From the NCBI GenBank assembly GCA_043767805.1, contig JAYUGC010000127.1, positions 1 through 27,097 of the forward strand: a stretch of 27,097 nucleotides of DNA, read 5' to 3'. This document shows positions 11,007 to 19,228 of the stretch, in pieces. The stretch is from Pseudomonadota bacterium (lineage in GTDB: Bacteria > Bdellovibrionota > FAC87 > UBA2466). The notes beneath the pieces were generated by a model. That model was not told where the DNA came from. It saw only the letters and a list, made by a program, of their open reading frames with translations, and did no database searches. Numbering within the stretch: position 1 is the first letter of the stretch; each line of letters opens with the position of its first letter. The translations under genes were made by a program, and so were the position numbers.

Positions 11007-11705
11007 ATGGGAACGTCATGGAAACAAGCAGGTAAAGCGGAAAACTCGGCCAAGCGCGGCGCTGTCATCAGTAAGCTTTGCAAGGAAATCATCGTGGCGG
11101 CCAAATCGGGAGATCCCGATCCCGCCAATAACGCCCGTTTGAGAACGGTCGTGGAAGCGGCGAAGAAGGCCTCGGTCCCTAGAGACAATATCGAGCGCGC
11201 CATCAAGAAGGGCGCCGGTCTTCTGGAGCCCATCAACTACGAGCTTCAGACTTTCGAGGGCTTCACCCCTCATAAGGTACCCATTTTGGTGGAGTGCCTG
11301 ACCGATAACCGTAACCGCACCTCCGCGGACATCCGGGTTCTCTTCAAGAAGGGCACCCTCGGCGCGTCCGGCTCGGTTTCCTATCTCTTTATCCACCAGG
11401 GCATGGTGGAAGCCACCCATCCGAACAAGAATCTCGACCTGGAAGAAGCGGCCATCGAAGCGGGCGCTCAGGAAGTGGAGAAGACGGAAGACGGCGGCGG
11501 GCGTTTCTTATGCGAGAAAACCGATCTTTTGACCGTCTCGAAAGCGTTGACCGACATGGGCTGGCAGGTGAGCGCGTCCGAGTTCGTCTGGACTCCGAAA
11601 GATCCCGTCGAAGTAGCGGAAGCGGCCAAGAAAGAGATCACCACTTTCTTGAACGACCTCGACGATAACGACGACGTTCATCGCATTTTCACCGCGTTGA
11701 AATGA
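11007..11705 (+). CDS. yebC: YebC/PmpR family protein
   Basis: DPANNARLR, NIERAIKKG, VECLTDNRNRT, LDDNDDVHRIF. Start reassigned to ATG 11007 (MGTSWK). Confidence 0.93.
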   Translation: MGTSWKQAGKAENSAKRGAVISKLCKEIIVAAKSGDPDPANNARLRTVVEAAKKASVPRDNIERAIKKGAGLLEPINYELQTFEGFTPHKVPILVECLTDNRNRTSADIRVLFKKGTLGASGSVSYLFIHQGMVEATHPNKNLDLEEAAIEAGAQEVEKTEDGGGRFLCEKTDLLTVSKALTDMGWQVSASEFVWTPKDPVEVAEAAKKEITTFLNDLDDNDDVHRIFTALK

Positions 11706-12427
11706 GGCGAGCCGCGCTCGTCATTCCCGTTTGGAACGAAGGGGAGCGCTTACTCCGGCAGCTTCGCCGACTGCGGCCTTATCTGGATCGGGTGGACGTG
11801 ATTCTCGCCGATGGCGAGAGCACGGACGGCTCGACCGAAAGCGAACGGCTACGTAAGCTCGGAGTTAAGGTTTGTCTCTCCACGTCCGAGCGCGGGCTGG
11901 GCCGGGCGCTTCAGCTGGGCATCGGCTTTGCGCTGGAGCACGAGTACGATTTTATCCTGACCATGGATGGAAACGGAAAGGACGGCGTCGACGCCATTCC
12001 GCGTTTTCTCGCGGCCTTGGAGAAACACGATTTCGTCCAGGGCTCCCGTTTCCTCGACGGAGGGGAAAGCCTGAATCTTCCCGCCGAGAGACGGCTCGGC
12101 ATTCGTTATCTGATCCGGCCGCTCATGCGAGCGGCCTCGGGTTTTGCGTTTACGGATCCGACCAACGGTTTCAAAGGATTTCGCCGGGACATATTCTCCC
12201 ATCCCGGGCTCCTCGCGTTTCGGCCGGTGTTAGGTCAGTTCGCCTTTCAGTTTTATCTGAACTACCGGCTTCCTCGACTGGGGTTTCGCACCACCGAAAT
12301 ACCCGTGTCCCGCGCTTATCCCTCAGGCGAGCTCCCCACTAAGATTATCGGGTTCCTGCCGCGGCTCCGTCTGCTTCGGGACCTCATGATGACCTGCATT
12401 GGGCTCCATAACCCCACTCTGCCTTGA
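11702..12427 (+). CDS. Glycosyltransferase family 2 (DPM1/polyprenol-phosphate sugar synthase-like)
   Basis: VIPVWNE, ADGESTDGS, MDGNGKD, VQGSRF, TDPTNGFKGF; ATGA overlap with yebC. Confidence 0.88.
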   Translation: MRRAALVIPVWNEGERLLRQLRRLRPYLDRVDVILADGESTDGSTESERLRKLGVKVCLSTSERGLGRALQLGIGFALEHEYDFILTMDGNGKDGVDAIPRFLAALEKHDFVQGSRFLDGGESLNLPAERRLGIRYLIRPLMRAASGFAFTDPTNGFKGFRRDIFSHPGLLAFRPVLGQFAFQFYLNYRLPRLGFRTTEIPVSRAYPSGELPTKIIGFLPRLRLLRDLMMTCIGLHNPTLP

Positions 12428-12433
12428 GTTCGG

Positions 12434-12450
12434 CTGGCACGAATTCTGCT
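12434..12450 (+). promoter_or_regulatory. Sigma-54 promoter candidate for sodC
   Basis: CTGGCACGAATTCTGCT; GG at 12436-37, GC at 12448-49. Confidence 0.7.
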
Positions 12451-12487
12451 CTAAAAGCCTGAGTACCCCTACCTCAGGAGGCTACCT

Positions 12488-13054
12488 ATGGGATTTTTGT
12501 CACGGCTGGTGCTGATCGCTTCAGTTTTGTGTCTCGGCGCTGCCCGGGGGGCAGGGAAAAGGACAACCATCACCAGACAGCTTGGTCCTTTCGCCCGGGC
12601 CAAGCTGCAGCCGAAGAGCGGTTCCCAGGTAACGGGAGCGGTCGAAATCGCCCGTATCGAGGAAGGCCTCCAAATCACAGCGACCCTAGTGGGAGCCAAG
12701 GCCGGAAACCACGGGATTCACATTCACGAGAAGGGCGACTGTGGCGCCGAGGATGCCTCGAGCGCGGGAGGCCACTTCAACCCCGGTCATTCCAGGCACG
12801 GCGGGTCCAACTCATTGCTCAGGCATCGGGGGGACCTCGGCAATGTCCTGGTGACCGAGGACGGACGGGGAACCTTGGTGCTGACCCTCCCAAAGACCGG
12901 CGACAAGAAGGTGGATGAGGGCTTGGACTTCATCGGTAAGGCGGTGGTGGTGCATGCCTCGGAAGACGATCTCAAGTCTCAGCCCGCGGGAGCCTCGGGC
13001 GGAAGAATCGCCTGCGGGGTCATCGATCGTTTGCCGATCCTCGGCGCTCGTTAA
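12488..13054 (+). CDS. sodC: Periplasmic Cu/Zn superoxide dismutase
   Basis: HGIHIHEKGDC, AGGHFNP, RHRGDLGN, VVVHASEDD, GRIACGVI; signal peptide; GGAGG RBS. Confidence 0.95.
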   Translation: MGFLSRLVLIASVLCLGAARGAGKRTTITRQLGPFARAKLQPKSGSQVTGAVEIARIEEGLQITATLVGAKAGNHGIHIHEKGDCGAEDASSAGGHFNPGHSRHGGSNSLLRHRGDLGNVLVTEDGRGTLVLTLPKTGDKKVDEGLDFIGKAVVVHASEDDLKSQPAGASGGRIACGVIDRLPILGAR

Positions 13055-13107
13055 CGTAAGTCGACGACTGACGTTGAGGATGAGGCGGGAGTCAGCTATA
13101 AAGTGGA

Positions 13108-13617
13108 ATGCGTTTTCTTCTGAGTGTTCTCCTGCTTAGCTCTTTTTCCCTCCCGGCGGTTTCCAGGCCCAGCGCGAAGCCAAAGCGGGCCGCTCCGGTG
13201 GATTTCGTCATCAAAGAGGGAGATCTCAGCTCGGTTGCGGTGAGCGAAGTGCTCCAAAAGAACAGCATCGATCTGATGCACGAAGGAAAGATTATCGCGG
13301 GCGCAAAGCGGTATTACGAAACGGACAAGGAAGCCATACCGTTTTACGTCGTCAGCCTCAAGCTCGAGCCCGAGGCCACGAAAGCCCTCGAAGCGCTTAC
13401 CGTCGCGAACGTGAAAAAGAAGCTCATCATAAAAGCGGGGGGCCACAAGCTGTCCGAAGTTTACCTTCGGGACGCCATTTACGGGGGCGCGCTCGACCTC
13501 GATCCGGGTAGACCCAAGTACGATGCGAAAAGCGACGGCTCCAAAGAGAGCGCGCAGTCCAAAGTCAGTGCTGAAAAACTCGCCAAGCAGCTCGAAAAGT
13601 ACGTTAAGAAAAAGTAA
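13108..13617 (+). CDS. Exported protein with a SecD/SecDF P1-head-like segment
   Basis: Signal peptide; VSLKLEPEATKALEALTVANVKKKLII..GG......LRDAIYGG resembles the SecD head consensus as I recall it; no TM domain. Confidence 0.65.
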   Translation: MRFLLSVLLLSSFSLPAVSRPSAKPKRAAPVDFVIKEGDLSSVAVSEVLQKNSIDLMHEGKIIAGAKRYYETDKEAIPFYVVSLKLEPEATKALEALTVANVKKKLIIKAGGHKLSEVYLRDAIYGGALDLDPGRPKYDAKSDGSKESAQSKVSAEKLAKQLEKYVKKK

Positions 13618-13619
13618 CT

Positions 13620-13763
13620 AGTTTTTGGCGGGTTTCCCGCCAAAAACTGTCCTGAGGCTTTCGCCGAAGGATCTCGCTGTAATAAGTCCGAGCGGTTAGC
13701 TGAGATCCTTCGCTTCGCTCAGGATAGTTTTCGTTAGGGAACTTCGTTTCCCAACGAAAACTA
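13620..13763. repeat. Composite palindromic (REP-like) element of three stem-loops, probably also a bidirectional terminator
   Basis: 13-bp stem 13620-32/13636-48; CTGTCCTGAG...CGAAGGATCTC / GAGATCCTTCG...CTCAGGATAG (13647-13727); 11-bp stem 13725-35/13753-63; lies between convergent genes. Confidence 0.8.
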
Positions 13764-13792
13764 AATAAGCTCGCGGGCAAAAAATCTAGGCG

Positions 13793-14806
13793 CTAGAGCG
13801 TACCGCGTTTTTCCTGGTCGGACTCGATGGCGCGGAAGAGGGCGCCGAAATTGCCCTCGCCAAACGACTGGTGGTTCTTCCTTTGGATGATCTCGAAAAA
13901 GATCGGCCCAATCGCATTTTGCGTGAAGATCTGAAGGAGGTAGCCCTCCGCATCTCCGTCGACCATGACGCCGAGCTCCTTAATCGTATCGCGGTTCTCG
14001 GTCACTTGGGGCACGCGGCGGAACGCTTCCTCGTAATAATTCGGATCCACTTCGAGCAGCCTCACGTCGTCGCGGTTCAAGCTCTTCAAGGACGTCAGGA
14101 TGTCGTTCGTCAAAAGGGCGATGTGCTGAATGCCGGCCCCCTTGTACTCGCGAAGGTACTCGTTGATCTGAGACTTCTCTTCCTTCGCCTCGTTGATCGG
14201 AATGCAAAAGGTCTGGCAAGGAGAGCGAAGCGCGTAAGACTGTAAGCCCGTCTTCTTTCCCTTGATGTCGAAATAGCGCACTTCAGTGAAACCGAAAATC
14301 TTCTTATAGAAATCCGCCCACTGACCCATGGTTCCGTTGGGAACGTTGTTGGTCAGATGATCGACTCGCAAAAAACCTTTGTCCGTCGGGCGGGCCGCGG
14401 GGATGAGCTGAAAGCCCACGCTTTCGTAGCTGATGTCGGCGTCGATGAAATAAATGAGACTGTCGCCGATGCCGTAGACGGCGGGAACGCCCGGGTAATC
14501 GCCTTCGTTACAAGGGCGAGCGCCGCGGCTCACCGCCGCTTCTTGCGCGGATTTCGCGTTCTTCACTCGCCAGCCCATCGCGGGAGCGCAAGGGCCGTGC
14601 GCTTCGGAAAAGCGCGCCGCGAAAGTTCCCGGCTCCGCGTTTAACAAGAAGCGAATGTCGTTTTGCCGCCAGAGGGAAATTTTCCGTTTCGAGTCCCGCA
14701 TCGACTCGTAAAAACCGAGTCCCAGGAAGAGGCGCCGGAGCATTTCCGGGTCTTTCGCCGCATATTCGATGAACTCAATGCCTTGTAAGCCAACGGGATT
14801 TTCCAT
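13793..14806 (-). CDS. hppD: 4-hydroxyphenylpyruvate dioxygenase
   Basis: NPVGLQGIEFIEY, VDHLTNNV, SQINEYL, GIQHIAL, LLQIFT, FFEIIQRK, FGEGNFGALF. Start reassigned to ATG 14806. Confidence 0.96.
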   Translation of the reverse strand: MENPVGLQGIEFIEYAAKDPEMLRRLFLGLGFYESMRDSKRKISLWRQNDIRFLLNAEPGTFAARFSEAHGPCAPAMGWRVKNAKSAQEAAVSRGARPCNEGDYPGVPAVYGIGDSLIYFIDADISYESVGFQLIPAARPTDKGFLRVDHLTNNVPNGTMGQWADFYKKIFGFTEVRYFDIKGKKTGLQSYALRSPCQTFCIPINEAKEEKSQINEYLREYKGAGIQHIALLTNDILTSLKSLNRDDVRLLEVDPNYYEEAFRRVPQVTENRDTIKELGVMVDGDAEGYLLQIFTQNAIGPIFFEIIQRKNHQSFGEGNFGALFRAIESDQEKRGTL

Positions 14807-14861
14807 AAAGGAAAGAATAAGGAGCCTCACTGTTGGAAAAAAGAACTAAAAACTGTAAGTA

Positions 14862-14882
14862 ACTGTCAGAATTACTGACAGT
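14862..14882. promoter_or_regulatory. LysR-type operator (T-N11-A inside a perfect inverted repeat)
   Basis: ACTGTCAG-aatta-CTGACAGT between divergent hppD and lysR. Confidence 0.8.
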
Positions 14883-14891
14883 GAGGATCGG

Positions 14892-15782
14892 ATGGAAATA
14901 ACGCTCGATCAAGCGAAGGCTTTAGACGCGGTGGCCCGTACGGGAAGTTTCACGGCGGCCGCCGACCAGCTGAAGAAGGGTCATACCGGCGTCATTTACC
15001 TTCTAAAAGCGATGGAGGAAGGGCTCGGTTTGAAGCTCCTCGATCGCACCGGCTACCGCACTCAGCTAACCGCCACTGGAAAGCTCATCTGGATCGAATG
15101 CGTGAAGCTTCTGGATGCGGAGCGCGGCGTCATGCGGCTTTGTTCTGAAATGGCGGAAGGGTGGGAGCCTCGTCTCGCCGTGGTTTTCGACGGCGTGCTG
15201 CCCATCGATCCCGTCATTCGGGTGCTCGCCGGATTTGAGCGGCTGGGGGCTTCGACACCGGTCTCGCTCTACACGGAATTTTTGAGTGGCGTGGAAGCGA
15301 AGTTTCACGAAGTAGAGGCGGACATGATGGTCGCCGTCGTTCCCCCCGCGCAAAGCCGCTTGAAGGGAATCGATCTCGCGCCGGTGCGCAGCTTTCTCGT
15401 CGCTCACCGCAGTCATCCACTTCTTCGCACCGGGAAAAAAGTCACCCCAGACGATATGCAACGACACATTCTGCTTACCGTGCGCGGGTCCGATGAGAGG
15501 CTCGGCATGAGCACGCGCGATCTCGATCCGGTCTCGCTCATCCATCTTTCGGATTTTCCGGCGAAGAAGGCCGCGGTCCTTCAAAAGATCGGCTACGGCT
15601 GGCTGCCGGAGCCTTTGATTCGCAAGGAATTAAAGCGAGGCGTGGTGCGCCCCCTAAAGTGGGAACGCACGAGCGAGCACGTACATCTTCCGGTCTTGTA
15701 TCATCGGGGGGACCGTACTTTGGGAAAAGCCGCTCGTGCGTTCCTCGGGGAAACGCTCTCTGTCATGGGACTTTTGAAATAG
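14892..15782 (+). CDS. LysR family transcriptional regulator
   Basis: N-terminal HTH (AVARTGSFTAAADQL...LEEGLG-like...LLDRTGYRTQLT), 296 aa, IGYGWLP. Confidence 0.93.
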   Translation: MEITLDQAKALDAVARTGSFTAAADQLKKGHTGVIYLLKAMEEGLGLKLLDRTGYRTQLTATGKLIWIECVKLLDAERGVMRLCSEMAEGWEPRLAVVFDGVLPIDPVIRVLAGFERLGASTPVSLYTEFLSGVEAKFHEVEADMMVAVVPPAQSRLKGIDLAPVRSFLVAHRSHPLLRTGKKVTPDDMQRHILLTVRGSDERLGMSTRDLDPVSLIHLSDFPAKKAAVLQKIGYGWLPEPLIRKELKRGVVRPLKWERTSEHVHLPVLYHRGDRTLGKAARAFLGETLSVMGLLK

Positions 15783-15787
15783 GGCGC

Positions 15788-17314
15788 TTAACGTTGACCG
15801 CGATGGTTGTAGCGGCCCAGCTGGGTAAAACCACAATCCTTCGCGTAGCTCGAACGCTCGTTCTGGGGACGACCGTAATTTGGTTCAGGTCGGCCCCTTA
15901 CCGTCGGCGCAGATTCCGGAGGCACCGAGGCAATCTGTCTGACATGCAGATAGGCCATTAAGAACGTGACCAACTCCTGCGCCCGCTCCGTACCAACGGC
16001 GTGCTCGAAATTTCTCCATTCGGTGGGATTCGGAAGGGCCGTAGGTTGCTCGCCGACGGTCCGGCCCGTCGTGCCAGCGACTAGGGGTTCCAGCTGTTCC
16101 TCGGCCGGTGCTGCCGTTTTGACTACTGGCTCCGGCGGAGGCGGAGGCTTAATCAGGTTTCTCAATTTTCCCGGAAGCCACGACCACCGGTTCACCGGCG
16201 TGGAAACCTCGAGCGCCTCATTAAACGGCGCGACCGGAGTCACGGGTAAGAAACGCTGTTTGGCATCCTTCGCCTTGAAATCTTTGTTGGCCGGATCGTA
16301 TTTCACGACGGCGCCAGTCGTCATGTCGACGTAACTCGCGTCCGCGCTGAATTTGTGAGGCGCTATCGCCTGGAGATTTTTCACCGAGTCCAGGTTCGGG
16401 CCTGAGCTCGTGACGCTTTGAATGCCCTTCGTTTTCTCGGCGGTCGGGCCGGCGAGCAAGTGCTGCACGGCCGTGAGCCGAGCCGCTCCGCTTCGGCCCT
16501 TGTCGGAAATGAGGGCAATAGCGGCCCACGCTTCTTTCGTACCCAGCTCGGCGAGCACGTCGATGACCCGGCTGCCAAAGCGGGCCTGAAATTCCGTCGG
16601 GCCCCAACCGGGACCATAAGCTTGCTTCAAATCGAGCTGTCCCAGAATCCGGGAGTCCGGATCGAACGTGGTGACCAGTTTCTCCAGAAAGACCACCTTC
16701 TCCTCAGGCGTGAGGCTCGAAGTATCGCTCTTGATCTTGTCGAGGACTTCTCTCACCAGGTTCGTGCGGTGCTTGTAAATTCTCTCCAATTTCGCTTTGG
16801 ATTCCGCGTCGTCGTCAGAGCGCCATTTGGCGAGCTCCGCTTTGAGCGTGGCTCTTTCCTTGGGGGAAAGCTTCTTGCCTTGTTCGGCGATTTTCTTGTC
16901 TTGTTCCTTATCGATCTTCGCCTTGTCGGCCGCGGCTTCCAGCTTCGCGATCGTTTTCAAAGCTTTTTCAGTTTCCTTGATGTCCTCTCGCGCCCTCGCC
17001 GCCGAGGCCCGGTACTCTTTGGCTTTCTTTTCCCCGGCGGGTCCAGCTGCCGCGTATAGGCGTTCCGCTTTTTCGGCATCGGCTAGCCTTTGCTGGCTGT
17101 TCTCGAGACTGAGGCGGTACTCTTCCGTCTCACTAAAAGTGAACTCGAGGACGTTGTTGTTGAGCGCCTGGATCCGCATGCGGATCGTGGTCTGAAATCC
17201 TTTGAGCTTCTCTTCGATGTTTTGTTCCGACTTGTCGGTCAGTTCCGCGCGTGCGCGGACGGGCAAAATTATGAAGGCTAAGACAAAAATTATTGCGATT
17301 GAACGAAGTCCCAC
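15788..17314 (-). CDS. Exported hypothetical protein (coiled coil, helical-repeat-like middle, Pro-rich C-terminal part)
   Basis: 508-aa ORF; GTG start after GGGGG; signal peptide ending VRARA. Confidence 0.8.
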   Translation of the reverse strand: MGLRSIAIIFVLAFIILPVRARAELTDKSEQNIEEKLKGFQTTIRMRIQALNNNVLEFTFSETEEYRLSLENSQQRLADAEKAERLYAAAGPAGEKKAKEYRASAARAREDIKETEKALKTIAKLEAAADKAKIDKEQDKKIAEQGKKLSPKERATLKAELAKWRSDDDAESKAKLERIYKHRTNLVREVLDKIKSDTSSLTPEEKVVFLEKLVTTFDPDSRILGQLDLKQAYGPGWGPTEFQARFGSRVIDVLAELGTKEAWAAIALISDKGRSGAARLTAVQHLLAGPTAEKTKGIQSVTSSGPNLDSVKNLQAIAPHKFSADASYVDMTTGAVVKYDPANKDFKAKDAKQRFLPVTPVAPFNEALEVSTPVNRWSWLPGKLRNLIKPPPPPEPVVKTAAPAEEQLEPLVAGTTGRTVGEQPTALPNPTEWRNFEHAVGTERAQELVTFLMAYLHVRQIASVPPESAPTVRGRPEPNYGRPQNERSSYAKDCGFTQLGRYNHRGQR

Positions 17315-17445
17315 TCTACTAACCCCCGATTACCAGGTTCCACAGCACGTTTCCGCTACCACCCAAACTTCGAGATCCAAGGGCACCCGGGTGCGCTAGA
17401 ATGAACGTAGCAGCACCCGACTGACACTGGAGCGAAGGATAAGGT

Positions 17446-17462
17446 TGCAATCATGCTGCCAA
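17446..17462 (-). promoter_or_regulatory. Sigma-54 promoter candidate for the 508-aa gene
   Basis: Minus strand TTGGCAGCATGATTGCA with GG-N10-GC spacing. Confidence 0.55.
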
Positions 17463-17510
17463 GGTGGCGTGCGGGAGCTTTTCAGTATTCCTTTTGAGGG
17501 GTGTATAGGC

Positions 17511-18413
17511 TTGAAGCGCTTCGTCTTTTTGCTGATGATTTTGCTGACGGCCCGGGTGACGTTTGGCGGCACCGCGTTTTGCGACCTCGCGCTGCGTGTT
17601 CTCAACGCCGCTCCTCGTATTCAAGCGGTAGCCGCCCGAATGAACGCTCAGATCGCCAATCCTAAAGACGCCATGACTTCTCTGAGGAAGACGACGGCAA
17701 TAATGGGTTTCACAAGGCCGGTGTTGCTCAACCCCGATGTCCTGAAGGGAAGGAGCGAATCCTCTGGCGCTTATAATGGCGGTGTTTATCAAGTGACGCT
17801 CATTGCGGGAAGTCGCGTGGTTTTGAAGTTAGTGCCCGCCGAATCCTATAATGATGCCTCCAGGCCAGGAGGGTTCGGAGGCACCCGACTCGTTCACCCA
17901 AACTTCGCGGAGCCCGTCCTCATTCAGCAAGCGCTTGCCGAGTTGGATATGGCGCCAAGGCTATTTGCCGTTCTACCCCAACGGGACGCGTTTGCGTGGC
18001 TGAGACGAGAGGGACTTTCTCTCCCTCCTCATAGTTCCGGCAACCATGTTGCGCTCATCATGGAGTCGCTCGAACGGCCTTGGAGCGTGACTAAATCGAG
18101 CGAGGTGCCGCCGGAGCTTGCGACTTTCTCGAAAGATCAGATGGGTAAGATGGTGGCCCGGATTAAGGAGATCGAGATCACTTTGGAAAAGCTGGGGGTA
18201 AAGGCACATGACGGACAGATTTTCGTCATGCCCGACGGTAAGGTGATGCTCGGCGACCTAGATCTCTTCGAGAGGCTCAAAGTCGGCGAGCAGCGGGAGA
18301 GCTTCAACGATCACATCACTTTTCTGGTGATGGCCTGGGAAAAGGCTCGCGGCGAGACTTTTCCCCCCGCTGAGCTTCAGTCGCTAAAAACCTTCGAGGC
18401 CGTCCCGCGCTAG
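17511..18413 (+). CDS. Exported atypical protein-kinase-like protein
   Basis: TTG start after GAGGGG; signal peptide; SGAYNGGVYQV, VVLKLV, LIMESLE and AHDGQIFVMPDGKVMLGDLD in kinase-like order. Confidence 0.55.
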   Translation: MKRFVFLLMILLTARVTFGGTAFCDLALRVLNAAPRIQAVAARMNAQIANPKDAMTSLRKTTAIMGFTRPVLLNPDVLKGRSESSGAYNGGVYQVTLIAGSRVVLKLVPAESYNDASRPGGFGGTRLVHPNFAEPVLIQQALAELDMAPRLFAVLPQRDAFAWLRREGLSLPPHSSGNHVALIMESLERPWSVTKSSEVPPELATFSKDQMGKMVARIKEIEITLEKLGVKAHDGQIFVMPDGKVMLGDLDLFERLKVGEQRESFNDHITFLVMAWEKARGETFPPAELQSLKTFEAVPR

Positions 18414-18785
18414 TTGAATGTCTTCTCGCATCCGGCGGCGAGCCGGCATGCCACTCTCATAGTCAGCCGCGAAATCGAGCCGCTTCTTGCCTCTTGGCAT
18501 CCAATCCTCGCTGGGCGGTTTTTTGAGCTGCGTGAAGGGCGGCGGGTTGTCGGTCGGCCAATCCAGGACGTCGAGGATGGCGTCCGCCCACCGGCGCTTG
18601 GACTTAGGCGACGGGTTGTGGAGGATGAAATCCCAAACCACTTCATCGTCGTCACTATGGATGAAGCGCAAGTCACCGAGTCCGTGGCAAGCCGCGCAGT
18701 ATTTGCGCAGCTTGCCCACCGTGTAGGCCACGTCCGCGTGCGCGCTGCCCGCGACGAGACAGAGAATGAGGAGCCAGACCCGCAT
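18384..18785 (-). CDS. Small exported monoheme c-type cytochrome-like protein (133 aa)
   Basis: Start reassigned to ATG 18785; signal peptide ending SAHA; YCAACHG near the N-terminus; WMP as candidate distal Met. Confidence 0.75.
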   Translation of the reverse strand: MRVWLLILCLVAGSAHADVAYTVGKLRKYCAACHGLGDLRFIHSDDDEVVWDFILHNPSPKSKRRWADAILDVLDWPTDNPPPFTQLKKPPSEDWMPRGKKRLDFAADYESGMPARRRMREDIQLARDGLEGF

Positions 18786-18787
18786 CC

Positions 18788-19228
18788 TTAAGCTTTTTCC
18801 TGATCGGGTGTAATAACGACGACCGGTTTTGCGCCGGGAACGCGCCATTTCGTATCGACCGGATCGATGAAGAGCTTATGGGTGTGCCCGTCCACCACGC
18901 TGGTGGTGACGTAGACGCGTTTGAGTTTTTTTAAATCGTCGTAGTGCGCTTGGGTGAGCGTGAACATGTGGCTCTTGCCGCCGTGTCCGTGCCAGAACTC
19001 GAGAACCACCGGCTGATTGGCGACGATGTAGTCGACCTTGATGGTTCCGGTCTTGGGCCCTTGGCTGCCGTCCATGTAGAGGGCTTGAGCGTAGGTGTCG
19101 TACAATGTGACTGAGCCCCGCTCTCCCAGCACGGCACGTGCGGTGAAGGTGGAATCCTTGCCGCAACCGAAGAGGGCGATGCCCCCGCCGGTCAGGGCCG
19201 CTTTCAAAAGAAACTCTCTTCTATTCAT
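18788..19228 (-). CDS. Tat-exported lipoprotein with paired His motifs (putative metal binding)
   Basis: MNRREFLLK twin-arginine signal; lipobox LFGC; HGHGGKSH and DGHTH. Confidence 0.8.
   Translation of the reverse strand: MNRREFLLKAALTGGGIALFGCGKDSTFTARAVLGERGSVTLYDTYAQALYMDGSQGPKTGTIKVDYIVANQPVVLEFWHGHGGKSHMFTLTQAHYDDLKKLKRVYVTTSVVDGHTHKLFIDPVDTKWRVPGAKPVVVITPDQEKA

Noticed and set aside
13620..13763. CRISPR array or tRNA
   Set aside because: No repeated unit with unique spacers, no cas genes, and no cloverleaf or T-loop consensus.
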